Source of the DNA: Candidatus Krumholzibacteriota bacterium
Lineage (GTDB): Bacteria; Krumholzibacteriota; Krumholzibacteriia; LZORAL124-64-63
Length of the DNA stretch: 39,767 bases
Direction of reading: 5' to 3'
Assembly: GCA_039714075.1 (NCBI GenBank)
Contig: JBDLKA010000024.1
Span: forward strand, 1-39,767
The translations under genes were made by a program, and so were the position numbers. This document shows, one piece after another, positions 1 through 8,109 of this stretch (the stretch's first letter is position 1; every line of letters begins with the position of its first letter). Under the pieces are notes generated by a model. It had not been told where the DNA came from, made no database searches, and saw only the letters and a program-made list of their open reading frames with translations.

Positions 1-141
1 AAGTTGTCATTTTTCAAGGGGTTTGACAACTCGCATTATTTCGATGGCACTTCCGGTTGTATGGTCCCACAGACAAACCGTCCGGGATCGGACACAACTC
101 CATCAACTCAGGTCCATCCCTAAAGGAAACTTCCTGTCCGA

Positions 142-170
142 TTGACTTGATTATCCACCTCGGGTAAAAA
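142..170 (+). promoter_or_regulatory. Putative sigma70 promoter for the patatin gene
   Basis: TTGACT (142-147), 17-nt spacer, TAAAAA (165-170), about 55 nt upstream of the GTG start at 224. Confidence 0.5.
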
Positions 171-223
171 TCGAGACCGAATCAGGATCCATTCCAGTCC
201 AGGCCATAACCAGTGGGGATGAA

Positions 224-2440
224 GTGATCAGAACAGGGATTATACTGGGCATCTTGTTGCTCGCTTTTCCGGCGCTCGCGGAAAATGAGACCGCCACCGA
301 GGAAACCCGCCCCGTCATCGGGCTGGCCCTGGGCGGCGGCGGCGCCCGCGGGCTGGCGCACATCGGCGTGCTCCAGCGCCTGGATGAACTGCGGATTCCC
401 GTGGACCGGGTGGCCGGCACCAGCATGGGCGCGGTGGTGGGAGTCCTCCTGTCCCTCGGCTTCAGCCCGGATGAGATCGAGGCCATGGTCCTGGAGGTCG
501 ACTGGCGCAGTTTCATGACCGACCGACCGGACCGCCGCCGGATGTCCTACCGCCGCAAGACGGACTACATGGAAAACATCTGGCCCATCGAGTTCGGGAT
601 CACCAGCGACGGCCTGGTCCTGCAGCGCGGCATGATGATGGGCCAGCGGTTCAACTTCGTTTTCCAGGCTCCCGGACTCTACACCGCGGGTTACGCCAGC
701 TTCGATTCGCTGCCCATCCCCTACCGGCCCGTAGCCACCGACCTGGTGACCGGGGATGTGGTGATCCCCGACCGCGGCAACCTGTTGCGGGCGGTGCGGG
801 CCAGCATGGCGGCTCCGGGGGCCTTCCCGCCGGTGCAGATCGGGGACCATCTTCTGGTGGACGGGTACCTCCGCACCATGATCCCGGTCGATACGGTGCG
901 GGACATGGGAGCGGACCGCGTGATCGCCGTGCACGTCGGCTGGTCCCCCGGGGAGACCCCGAAAGGAACCCACTGGGATCTGCCCGACATCCTCATGCAG
1001 TCCAACTTCATCCTGACCTATTCCAACGTTGTGCCGCAGCTCGAAGCGTCGGACGTGGGTCTTTCGGTGAGCCTGCCGGAGGTTCCCCTCTTCGACCTCA
1101 CCCAGGCCGAAAGCACCATCGCGGCGGGACGGGCCACCATGGATGAACATCTGGCGGAGCTTCTGCCCCTGGCCCTGTCCGAAGAGGAGTACGCGCGGTG
1201 GCGGGAAGAGATCCGTTCCTGGGACCTGGCGTCCCCGGTCATCGACCGGGTCAGCATCGACAACCGGACCATGGTCAGCGACCGGACCATCTCCACACGG
1301 GTCACCCAGGCGCCGGGCGACACCCTGGACCTCGACCTGTTGAAACGCGACCTGGGCCGGGTCTATCAGCTGGGGGTTTTCGAATCGGTTGATTTCAGCC
1401 TCGAAGGGTCGGAGCCGGCCAAGGAACTGGTCGTCAATCCCACGGGGAAACCCTACCTGCCCTGGATCATGCGGATCGGGGCGTCCTACCGCATGAACAT
1501 GCAGAACCGGGGAGAGATCCAGCTTCTGGCCCACCTCGTGCGCTACGAGTACAACCGGCTGGGCGGCGAACTGCGCACCGATCTTGCGCTCGGATCGCTG
1601 TTCGGGGCGGGCGCCGAATTCTACCAGCCCCTCGAATACTCCCGGACGCTGTTCGTCGCCCCGGCGGTCTCCTTCGCCTCGCAGAGCGACGCCGTATACG
1701 ATGGCTCCTACCGCCTGGGCGAGTACCGCACCGACGAATGGACGGGACGATTCGATCTGGGCCTGAACTTGGGCAGCGTCGCCGAAATCAGGGCCGGCTA
1801 CCAGCTTGGCGGGGCCGAAGCGGAAGTGAAATCGGGCAGCCTGGGTTTTCTTCCGCAGCATGATGATATCGGAGCCCTGAGGTTCGGGCTGGGGTTCGAC
1901 CTTCTCGACCGCCACTCCATCCCGAAACACGGCATCGCCGGCAGATTCCAGGCCTGGTTGGCGCGGCCGGATCTGGGTGACGACCTGGATTTCGGAAGAT
2001 ATTGGGGACATCTGGTCGGGGCTGCGACCCGGGGGAACTGGACCGTTCAATACCGCGCCCAGGGCGGAGGCAGTGAAGGGGATCTGCCCTATTACCGGCA
2101 GTACATGATGGGCGGGCTGCGCGACCTGACCGGCATCCCCGACGGCTCTTTGCGCGGGCGGGCGTTCGGCATGGCCGGGGTGGGTCTGCTGTATCACCTG
2201 TCAGGCATGAACCTGCCTTTCGCCACCCAGTGGTATCTGGGCGGCTGGGCCGACACCGGCAACACGTGGGACAGTCCCGAATCCGCACGCCTGGCCGACT
2301 TCAAACTGGGCGGGGCCTTGACCTTTCTCATGGATACGGCCTTCGGACCCCTGGAAGCCGGGTACGGCCGCAGCGACAACGGCCAGGGAACGTTCTACCT
2401 GCAGGCGGGCATCCATTTCGCCCAGCCGCTGAACCACTGA
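224..2440 (+). CDS. Patatin-like phospholipase with POTRA domain and Omp85/BamA-like beta-barrel (PlpD-like, type Vd architecture)
   Basis: Signal peptide; patatin motifs GGGGARG, GTSMG (nucleophile) and DGY; POTRA-like segment (IDRVSIDN...VYQLGVFESVDF); C-terminal alternating aromatic beta-strands ending FYLQAGIHF. GTG start with GGGGA upstream. Confidence 0.9.
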   Translation: MIRTGIILGILLLAFPALAENETATEETRPVIGLALGGGGARGLAHIGVLQRLDELRIPVDRVAGTSMGAVVGVLLSLGFSPDEIEAMVLEVDWRSFMTDRPDRRRMSYRRKTDYMENIWPIEFGITSDGLVLQRGMMMGQRFNFVFQAPGLYTAGYASFDSLPIPYRPVATDLVTGDVVIPDRGNLLRAVRASMAAPGAFPPVQIGDHLLVDGYLRTMIPVDTVRDMGADRVIAVHVGWSPGETPKGTHWDLPDILMQSNFILTYSNVVPQLEASDVGLSVSLPEVPLFDLTQAESTIAAGRATMDEHLAELLPLALSEEEYARWREEIRSWDLASPVIDRVSIDNRTMVSDRTISTRVTQAPGDTLDLDLLKRDLGRVYQLGVFESVDFSLEGSEPAKELVVNPTGKPYLPWIMRIGASYRMNMQNRGEIQLLAHLVRYEYNRLGGELRTDLALGSLFGAGAEFYQPLEYSRTLFVAPAVSFASQSDAVYDGSYRLGEYRTDEWTGRFDLGLNLGSVAEIRAGYQLGGAEAEVKSGSLGFLPQHDDIGALRFGLGFDLLDRHSIPKHGIAGRFQAWLARPDLGDDLDFGRYWGHLVGAATRGNWTVQYRAQGGGSEGDLPYYRQYMMGGLRDLTGIPDGSLRGRAFGMAGVGLLYHLSGMNLPFATQWYLGGWADTGNTWDSPESARLADFKLGGALTFLMDTAFGPLEAGYGRSDNGQGTFYLQAGIHFAQPLNH

Positions 2441-2603
2441 CCGGCCGCCCGCGTGCCGATGGCCGAAGCTTTGCAGTTCGTGCCTGGGAGCTGGAATTGC
2501 ACCCAGCTGTTGCCGTTGTGGTTGTCGTTGCGGAAAAGTATGTTCCCCATATTAATTCTTATGGTACTTTCCCGTTATTGGGCCCATAACGAAACGGAGT
2601 TTC

Positions 2604-3158
2604 ATGAGGTATCTAACTTTGACCGCCGCTGTATTGATGATCGCTCTGCCCTTTTTGGCCCTCGCCCAGGAAGAATCCGGATCAACCGAGGAAGTTTCCA
2701 TCCTGGAAAGGGTCCAGAAAGCAGCGGAACTGATCACAGCCAGCAAAGAGGCACGCGAGGCCGGCATTCCCGAAGAGGAAGTCGCCAAGGTACTCAAAGA
2801 CGCCCGTGAACGGGGACTTTCTCCCCGCGAAACCGAAGGAATCCTGTCAGAGTCCACCTCTGCGGTGGAAGAGTCCGGACCCGTGGACAATTTCGGCGGC
2901 TTCGTCCAGGCCAAACTGGATGAGGGTCTGCGGGGAAAAGAGTTGGCCGCCGCCATTCACGCGGAACACCGCCAGCATGGCAAAGGCAAGGGACACGGAA
3001 AGCAGAAGGACCATCCCCAGGGCAAGAAGGGCGGCCCGGGTGATGCGAGGCATGATGACGATGATGAACACGATCACGATCATGATCACGGCCACAATGG
3101 TGATGACGATGAAGACCAGGGCCGCGGCAAGGGTAAACAAAAAGACAAGGGGAAATAA
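2604..3158 (+). CDS. Secreted hypothetical protein with His/Asp/Gly/Lys-rich low-complexity C-terminus
   Basis: RBS GGAG; Sec signal peptide (MRYLTL...ALA-Q); helical core; tail HDDDDEHDHDHDHGH. Confidence 0.8.
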   Translation: MRYLTLTAAVLMIALPFLALAQEESGSTEEVSILERVQKAAELITASKEAREAGIPEEEVAKVLKDARERGLSPRETEGILSESTSAVEESGPVDNFGGFVQAKLDEGLRGKELAAAIHAEHRQHGKGKGHGKQKDHPQGKKGGPGDARHDDDDEHDHDHDHGHNGDDDEDQGRGKGKQKDKGK

Positions 3159-3159
3159 A

Positions 3160-3510
3160 ATGAACGTATTCCTCAAACACCGCAGCATCGGTCTATTGGT
3201 CGTCTTCCTGTCTGCTGTTCTGATTGCAGGTTGCGACGACAAACAGGAATCGGCCACCGACCAGACCGAGACCGACCAGGAAACCGTCCAGGAAACCGCG
3301 GTCGAAACCGTCAGGGCTCTGACGGAAGCGGAAGAAGCCCTGGTCGCCAAGATGGCCACCGTCGCCAAGGCTCTTGAAGAAGCCCCCGCGACAGCCGGCG
3401 CCGTTCTGGAAAGTTCTTCCATGACCATGGAAGAATACGAAAAGGAAATCTACCGGATCGCTGCGGATCCGGCTCTCTCCGAAGCCTTCGAGAAGGCTAA
3501 AAACAAATAG
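3160..3510 (+). CDS. Hypothetical lipoprotein
   Basis: ATG at 3160, 1 nt after the previous stop (C-terminal part of track ORF 2806..3510); lipobox LIAG-C; followed by a terminator. Confidence 0.8.
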   Translation: MNVFLKHRSIGLLVVFLSAVLIAGCDDKQESATDQTETDQETVQETAVETVRALTEAEEALVAKMATVAKALEEAPATAGAVLESSSMTMEEYEKEIYRIAADPALSEAFEKAKNK

Positions 3511-3523
3511 ATTCCCTTGCAGG

Positions 3524-3566
3524 CAAAAGGGCGGCACCCGACAGGGATGTCGCCCTTTTGTTTTTT
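3524..3566 (+). terminator. Intrinsic terminator (possibly bidirectional)
   Basis: CAAAAGGGCGGCACCC-GACA-GGGATGTCGCCCTTTTG hairpin followed by TTTTTT, between convergent genes. Confidence 0.85.
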
Positions 3567-3623
3567 AGGGAGAAAGGGTCGACGGACCGATCCGGATTCC
3601 CGATTTCAAACCTGCTTGCAAGC

Positions 3624-4046
3624 CTACCTGAAGGCCAGATTCTCTTTTTCCAGGATCTCCATGATCCTGGCGCGCAAGCTGCGCTCCAGGTCCCAGCGTC
3701 CCTCCAATCGCGCGTAACGGGTCTGGATTTTCAGGATGATCAGGGTGCGGTCCACCTCAAGACGCTCGATGCGTTTGATGATGCGTTCCGCTTCCTTGTC
3801 CTCCGTGGCGGCCGCCAGCTCCGCCAGCAGAAGCTGCTCCGTTTCCCCGGCCTGGTCGAGCACCTGCTGGATTTCCAGATACATGGGAGACAATTTCAGG
3901 GTCGTGACACCCGGACTGCCCATGATTCTGGTTTCATCCTGGAATATGGCAGGATTATTCGACTGCTGGGGAAGATCGGCGGCACCGGCCGCAGAGACGG
4001 CCAGGACCAGAACTGAGGCCAAGGCAAAGATGATCAGGATTCTCAT
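3624..4046 (-). CDS. Secreted helical hypothetical protein
   Basis: RBS AGGAGG; signal peptide MRILIIFALA...AGA-A; coiled-coil-like body. Confidence 0.75.
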   Translation of the reverse strand: MRILIIFALASVLVLAVSAAGAADLPQQSNNPAIFQDETRIMGSPGVTTLKLSPMYLEIQQVLDQAGETEQLLLAELAAATEDKEAERIIKRIERLEVDRTLIILKIQTRYARLEGRWDLERSLRARIMEILEKENLAFR

Positions 4047-4187
4047 GGGATGAACCTCCTGTCCTACTCAAGCCGCAAGGTTGATCCAGCCTGAGATTAT
4101 TTATATTTTATCGTATTTTTTGATTTTAAACAACTCTTTTTTTACATTTTTGTTGTTTTTCTCAAAAACACCGATTAAGTATCAAAA

Positions 4188-5081
4188 TTAGCCTTTATAT
4201 TGGTCCAAAACCCCGCGCAGGGCGGCGATATGCCCGGGTGTGGTCCCGCAGCAGCCCCCGATTATCCTCACACCCGCCTTCAGCAGATCAGGCAGCGCCT
4301 CCGCCATATCCCCCGGGGTTTCGGGATAGTGGACTTCGCCCCCCTGGAGGACGGGAAGCCCCGCGTTGGCCTGGATCAGCAGGGGCATGTCCGTCACCCG
4401 CCCGAATTCCCGGGCCACGGACAGCATTCCCTCCGTTCCCTGCCCGCAGTTGCTGCCCACGGCATCGACGCCGGCAGCCGCCAGGTCATGCGCCGCGGAC
4501 GCCGGATCGTTGCCCACGATCGTGAACCATCCCCGGGGCGTGGGTTCGAAGGTGAGGGATGCCAGGACGATTCCCTTGCCGATGGCCTCCCTGGCCGCCG
4601 TCACCGCAAGGACGGCTTCGCGCAGGTCGGTCATCGTTTCGACCGTCAACAGGTCCACGCCCCCGGCCGCCAGGGCGGCGGCCTGAATCCTGAAACCGTC
4701 CAGGACCTCGTCCGGATCGACATCGCCATAGGGCGTTAGAAGCCGGCCGCACGGTCCGATGGATCCGCTGACCAAACCTCCGCCGGCCGCTCCGGCGACA
4801 GCCGCGGCCGCGGCCGCCCGGTTGATTTCTTCACATTGATCCGCCAACCCGTGGGCGGCCAGCATGAGCGGGGAACCTCCGAAAGAATTGGTGTGGACCA
4901 GATCCGATCCCGCGGCGATATATTCCGCGGCGATGCCCGCGGGAACTTCCGGCCGGGTCAGGTTCAGGCTTTCCGGCGCCTGGCCGGGTTCGAGGCCCGC
5001 GTCCTGGAGCCGGGTTCCCATGGCTCCGTCCGCCAGGAGAACTTTCTTTGCGGCCAGCAGGTTTTCCAGGATGATGTTCAT
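4188..5081 (-). CDS. Homocysteine S-methyltransferase (stand-alone MetH Hcy-binding domain)
   Basis: DGAMGT, TNSFG, ETM, GSNCG and GGCCG (three Zn-ligand Cys), QANAGLP; start overlaps the upstream stop (ATGA). Confidence 0.92.
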   Translation of the reverse strand: MNIILENLLAAKKVLLADGAMGTRLQDAGLEPGQAPESLNLTRPEVPAGIAAEYIAAGSDLVHTNSFGGSPLMLAAHGLADQCEEINRAAAAAAVAGAAGGGLVSGSIGPCGRLLTPYGDVDPDEVLDGFRIQAAALAAGGVDLLTVETMTDLREAVLAVTAAREAIGKGIVLASLTFEPTPRGWFTIVGNDPASAAHDLAAAGVDAVGSNCGQGTEGMLSVAREFGRVTDMPLLIQANAGLPVLQGGEVHYPETPGDMAEALPDLLKAGVRIIGGCCGTTPGHIAALRGVLDQYKG

Positions 5082-5716
5082 GCTTCCTCCATCAACCGCC
5101 GGATACGGTCCACGGCGCTTACGCCGTCGAACGCGTAGGCGTCGGCCCCGATTTCGCGGACGTATTCCTCGGTCACCGGAGCACCCCCGGCCACCGTCTT
5201 CACCCGGCCCGCCAAGCCCTCCTTCGCCAGCAGTTCGACGACCTCCTTCATGACCGGCATGGTGGTGGTCAACAGGGCGGACATGCCGATCACCCGGGCA
5301 TCGTGCCGGCGGGCGGCGTCCAGGAATTCGGCGGGCGCCACGTCGGTTCCCAGGTCGATGACCTCGAATCCCGCCCCGGCCAGCATGATGCCCACCAGGT
5401 TCTTCCCGATGTCGTGCTGGTCGCCCCGCACGGTGCCCAGTACCGCCTTGCCCGCCGCCGGCACGTCCTGCTTGATCAGCAGGGGTTTCAAAAGATCCAT
5501 TCCCGCGTGCATCGCCCGGGCGGACAGCAGAACGTGCGGCAAAAAGATCCGGTGGGTGCGAAACTTTTCTCCCACCACGTCCATGCCCGCGATCAGTCCC
5601 TGGTTGAGAATGGTCTCGGCGGACAGGCCCTGCGCCATGGCTTCGGTGGTCAGGGCCGCCACTTCGTCAGCCTTGCCCAGGTCCAGTTGTTCGGCGATTC
5701 GTTCCAACAGCTCCAT
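5078..5716 (-). CDS. Corrinoid (cobalamin-binding) methyl-carrier protein, MttC/MtbC/MetH B12-domain type
   Basis: Cap domain (GLIAGMDVVGEKF...FLPHVL) plus DQHDIGKN (DxHxxG), SALLTTT and GGA motifs; start re-called to ATG 5716 with GAGGA RBS. Confidence 0.93.
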   Translation of the reverse strand: MELLERIAEQLDLGKADEVAALTTEAMAQGLSAETILNQGLIAGMDVVGEKFRTHRIFLPHVLLSARAMHAGMDLLKPLLIKQDVPAAGKAVLGTVRGDQHDIGKNLVGIMLAGAGFEVIDLGTDVAPAEFLDAARRHDARVIGMSALLTTTMPVMKEVVELLAKEGLAGRVKTVAGGAPVTEEYVREIGADAYAFDGVSAVDRIRRLMEEA

Positions 5717-5717
5717 G

Positions 5718-6428
5718 TCAGATTTCTTCCTCGAAGGGGGCCAGCACGGTCCGGATGCGCTCCCGGCATTCCTTGCCGGTGCAGGCCGCACAGAAAGGAT
5801 AATCAATGGCGAAGCGGTGGATCTCCGGCGGTCCGGCGACGATCACGCCGGACACCGATTTGAGCGGCCACATCAGGGAACTTTCCGACAGGGAGATCCC
5901 CGCATTCCGGGAGCCGAGACGGGCAAAGAGGTTCTGTTGACTGCTGACATGCCAACCGCAGTACCCGGGACTGTACCGCAGGACACCCGACCCCGCGGCC
6001 AGGGCCGTGGTGAATTTGTCCTGCGCCACCTGGGCGGCCCGATCCGCCGCCAGCGAAGCGCCCGCGTCGAGGGTCGCTCCCAAAGGGTAGTCGTTGGCCT
6101 GAAACAGGTCGCTGATCCGGTCGCACACCGCCTGCCCGCAGGTCACCGCGAACAGGGAAAGTTCTTCGGCCCGGGGAAATATTTTCTGCAGGGGCGTGTC
6201 GGGCTCATTGAAGCCCTGTCCGCGGTAGATATCCGCGAATTCCCCAGGGTCCACCTTTTCCAGGACCCCCGCAGGTGAAAGGGCGGCCGCCAACTCGGCA
6301 CGCGCGTCTTCGGCGACGGCCAGCAGTTTGGCCATGCCCGACGCATGATCGGGAACACCCTGCTGCGCCAGGATGGCCGCGGCAGAAGGCAGGATCTCCT
6401 CCACTTTGATTTCCAGGATCGTGCTCAC
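5718..6428 (-). CDS. B12-dependent methionine synthase activation (SAM-binding reactivation) domain protein
   Basis: FAVTCG, RYSPGYCGW and MWPLKSVSG motifs of the MetH activation domain; C-terminal CxxCxxxxC; GTG start overlaps the upstream stop. Confidence 0.85.
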   Translation of the reverse strand: MSTILEIKVEEILPSAAAILAQQGVPDHASGMAKLLAVAEDARAELAAALSPAGVLEKVDPGEFADIYRGQGFNEPDTPLQKIFPRAEELSLFAVTCGQAVCDRISDLFQANDYPLGATLDAGASLAADRAAQVAQDKFTTALAAGSGVLRYSPGYCGWHVSSQQNLFARLGSRNAGISLSESSLMWPLKSVSGVIVAGPPEIHRFAIDYPFCAACTGKECRERIRTVLAPFEEEI

Positions 6429-7885
6429 CGCGTCCCCTCCGGCAGGTGATCCATCCCCGCGGCCGCGGCGGCCGCCGACATTCTTTCCACCAGTCCGGCC
6501 TGCGCTTCGGCGCTCAAACCCGGCGGTTGCCAGGAAAACTCCAGGGTGTCCGCCGCCGCACGGGCCCTGGCGGCCAGCAAGCGGCCGCCTTCCTCCAGCC
6601 AGCGCGACTGGTTCGCCCTTTCGATGACCGGGCCGGGAAAATGATGTTCATCCGCCAGGTTTTTCAGGGAGTGATCGTTGATCAGCAGATGACCCTCGGC
6701 CAGCAGCTCTTCAACCCGCGGCCGGACCGGGAAATCATCACGCGGAGTCACACCCCTGCCCAAACGCAGCGCCAGGCCGGCGATCTCATGATCGACGACC
6801 AGCTTTTCCACGCTCTGGCAATTCTCGAAATCCAGCATGCCGGGACCGGACACGCTGTTGATGCCGGACAATACCGCCACCACCACGCCCATGCCCGTCT
6901 CGAGTCCGGCCTGGGCGTCCAGGCCCTTGGCGTCGCTCAGGGCGATGTAGGCCTGGGTGGGAAGCCCCAGCCGTTTGCCAACCTCGTTCAGGCCGGCATC
7001 CAGCAGCCAGGTTTCGGCCGCGCCCATGGGCGTGGTTTCGTAGCGGATGTCGAACGGTGCGGGCGACCCTCCGTAAAGAACCCGCGCCCCCGGGGAAACC
7101 AGTTGCGCCAGGATCACCCCGCTCAAGGTCTCGGCCGCGTGTTGCGCCAGGGTTCCGGCCACCGTCACCGGCGAGGTGAAGCCCGCCAGGGGCATGGTCG
7201 GGATCTCCACCGGAATGCCCGCGGCCGCACAGTCCATCAGGTTTTGGCTGGTGATGTCGCTCCATTGCAGCGGGGTGGTCGGGGCGCAGGAAAAAACCGC
7301 CAGGGGTTTGGCCCGCAGTTCGTCCGCGGAACCCCGCACGGCCAGGAGCAGGTCGCGCATCACGGCAAACCCCTCGACCGAAAACGCTCCGGTGACCACC
7401 GGTTTGGCGCAGTGCTTCAGACCCAGGAAAAGGCGGTAGCTGTCCTGCACCGGACCCGGAACGTCTGCGGGGATGAAAGCCGTGCTCTGGGCGGCGATAT
7501 CCGGTAGCCCGGCCACGACTTTCGCATACCGCACATAGTCCGCGGTGGTGGGTTGCCGCATCCGTCCGCTGTCGGGATCGAGATAGTGGATGGCCGAGGA
7601 TCCCGGCGTGAAATGGACCCGGTCGCCGCCCAGGTCGTGGGTCTGTTCGCCGTGCGCGTCGTAAAGCGTGAACGAGGCGGGGGCCGTTTCCAGGGACCGG
7701 TCGATCAGGTCGGCCGTGAACCAGGCGTGCCGCGAGGCGGCATCGATCCGGGCCCCGTGATCACCCAGCAGGACCAGGGCCTGGTCGTTGTGGATCTCCA
7801 TCCCCAGCCCGCACAGCAGGTCGCGGGCCTCGGCGATGATGCGGTCGGCCAGGTCATCGGTCAGGAATCGCAAAACGGGTCGCAT
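6425..7885 (-). CDS. mttB: Trimethylamine methyltransferase (MttB) superfamily protein, non-pyrrolysine
   Basis: Family motifs SPVTVAGTLAQHAAETLSG, YGG, MGAAET, LGLP, SDAK.LDAQAG.E, GPGMLD; no in-frame TAG; start ATG 7885 with AAAGGA RBS. Confidence 0.92.
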   Translation of the reverse strand: MRPVLRFLTDDLADRIIAEARDLLCGLGMEIHNDQALVLLGDHGARIDAASRHAWFTADLIDRSLETAPASFTLYDAHGEQTHDLGGDRVHFTPGSSAIHYLDPDSGRMRQPTTADYVRYAKVVAGLPDIAAQSTAFIPADVPGPVQDSYRLFLGLKHCAKPVVTGAFSVEGFAVMRDLLLAVRGSADELRAKPLAVFSCAPTTPLQWSDITSQNLMDCAAAGIPVEIPTMPLAGFTSPVTVAGTLAQHAAETLSGVILAQLVSPGARVLYGGSPAPFDIRYETTPMGAAETWLLDAGLNEVGKRLGLPTQAYIALSDAKGLDAQAGLETGMGVVVAVLSGINSVSGPGMLDFENCQSVEKLVVDHEIAGLALRLGRGVTPRDDFPVRPRVEELLAEGHLLINDHSLKNLADEHHFPGPVIERANQSRWLEEGGRLLAARARAAADTLEFSWQPPGLSAEAQAGLVERMSAAAAAAGMDHLPEGTR

Positions 7886-8109
7886 GGGTTTCCTTTGGCG
7901 TTGCTTCGGCAAGGTTCACCATGAAGGCCGGGGATTGGTCATCCCCGCGGGCAAATGCAAGCCTGGCAAGAAGAAACCGTCCTTTTCGGGCACGGGGTCC
8001 GCCCCTTCATGCAACAAAACCCCGTCTTATCAGTATATTAAAATTACCCCCTTCAATGTTGTATATATGAAATCAATCTCGCCAACAGATTTAATGGTTG
8101 GAGAGTGTT

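Noticed and set aside
45..60. Sigma54-like TGGCAC...TTGT
   Set aside because: The spacing is off by one from TGGCAC-N5-TTGC and the -12 GC is absent.
61..130. Resemblance to a c-di-GMP-I riboswitch (CACAGACAAACC...)
   Set aside because: It lacks the GAAA tetraloop, the GACGCAAAGC junction and a P3 stem.
182..2197. Long antisense ORFs (also 8665-10296, 11997-14672, 15438-17114, 34674-36566 and similar)
   Set aside because: They are shadow frames opposite well-supported genes in high-GC DNA, with no recognisable motifs.
2509..2532. GTTGNN x4 short tandem pattern
   Set aside because: Too short and degenerate to call; not a CRISPR repeat-spacer structure.
4081..4190. Very AT-rich segment, considered as an origin or island boundary
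   Set aside because: No DnaA-box cluster or att-like repeat; better explained as the promoter region of the 3624-4046 gene.
6425..7885. Pyrrolysine or other stop-codon recoding in mttB
   Set aside because: The ORF is uninterrupted, there is no in-frame TAG, and no pyl genes are present in the window.
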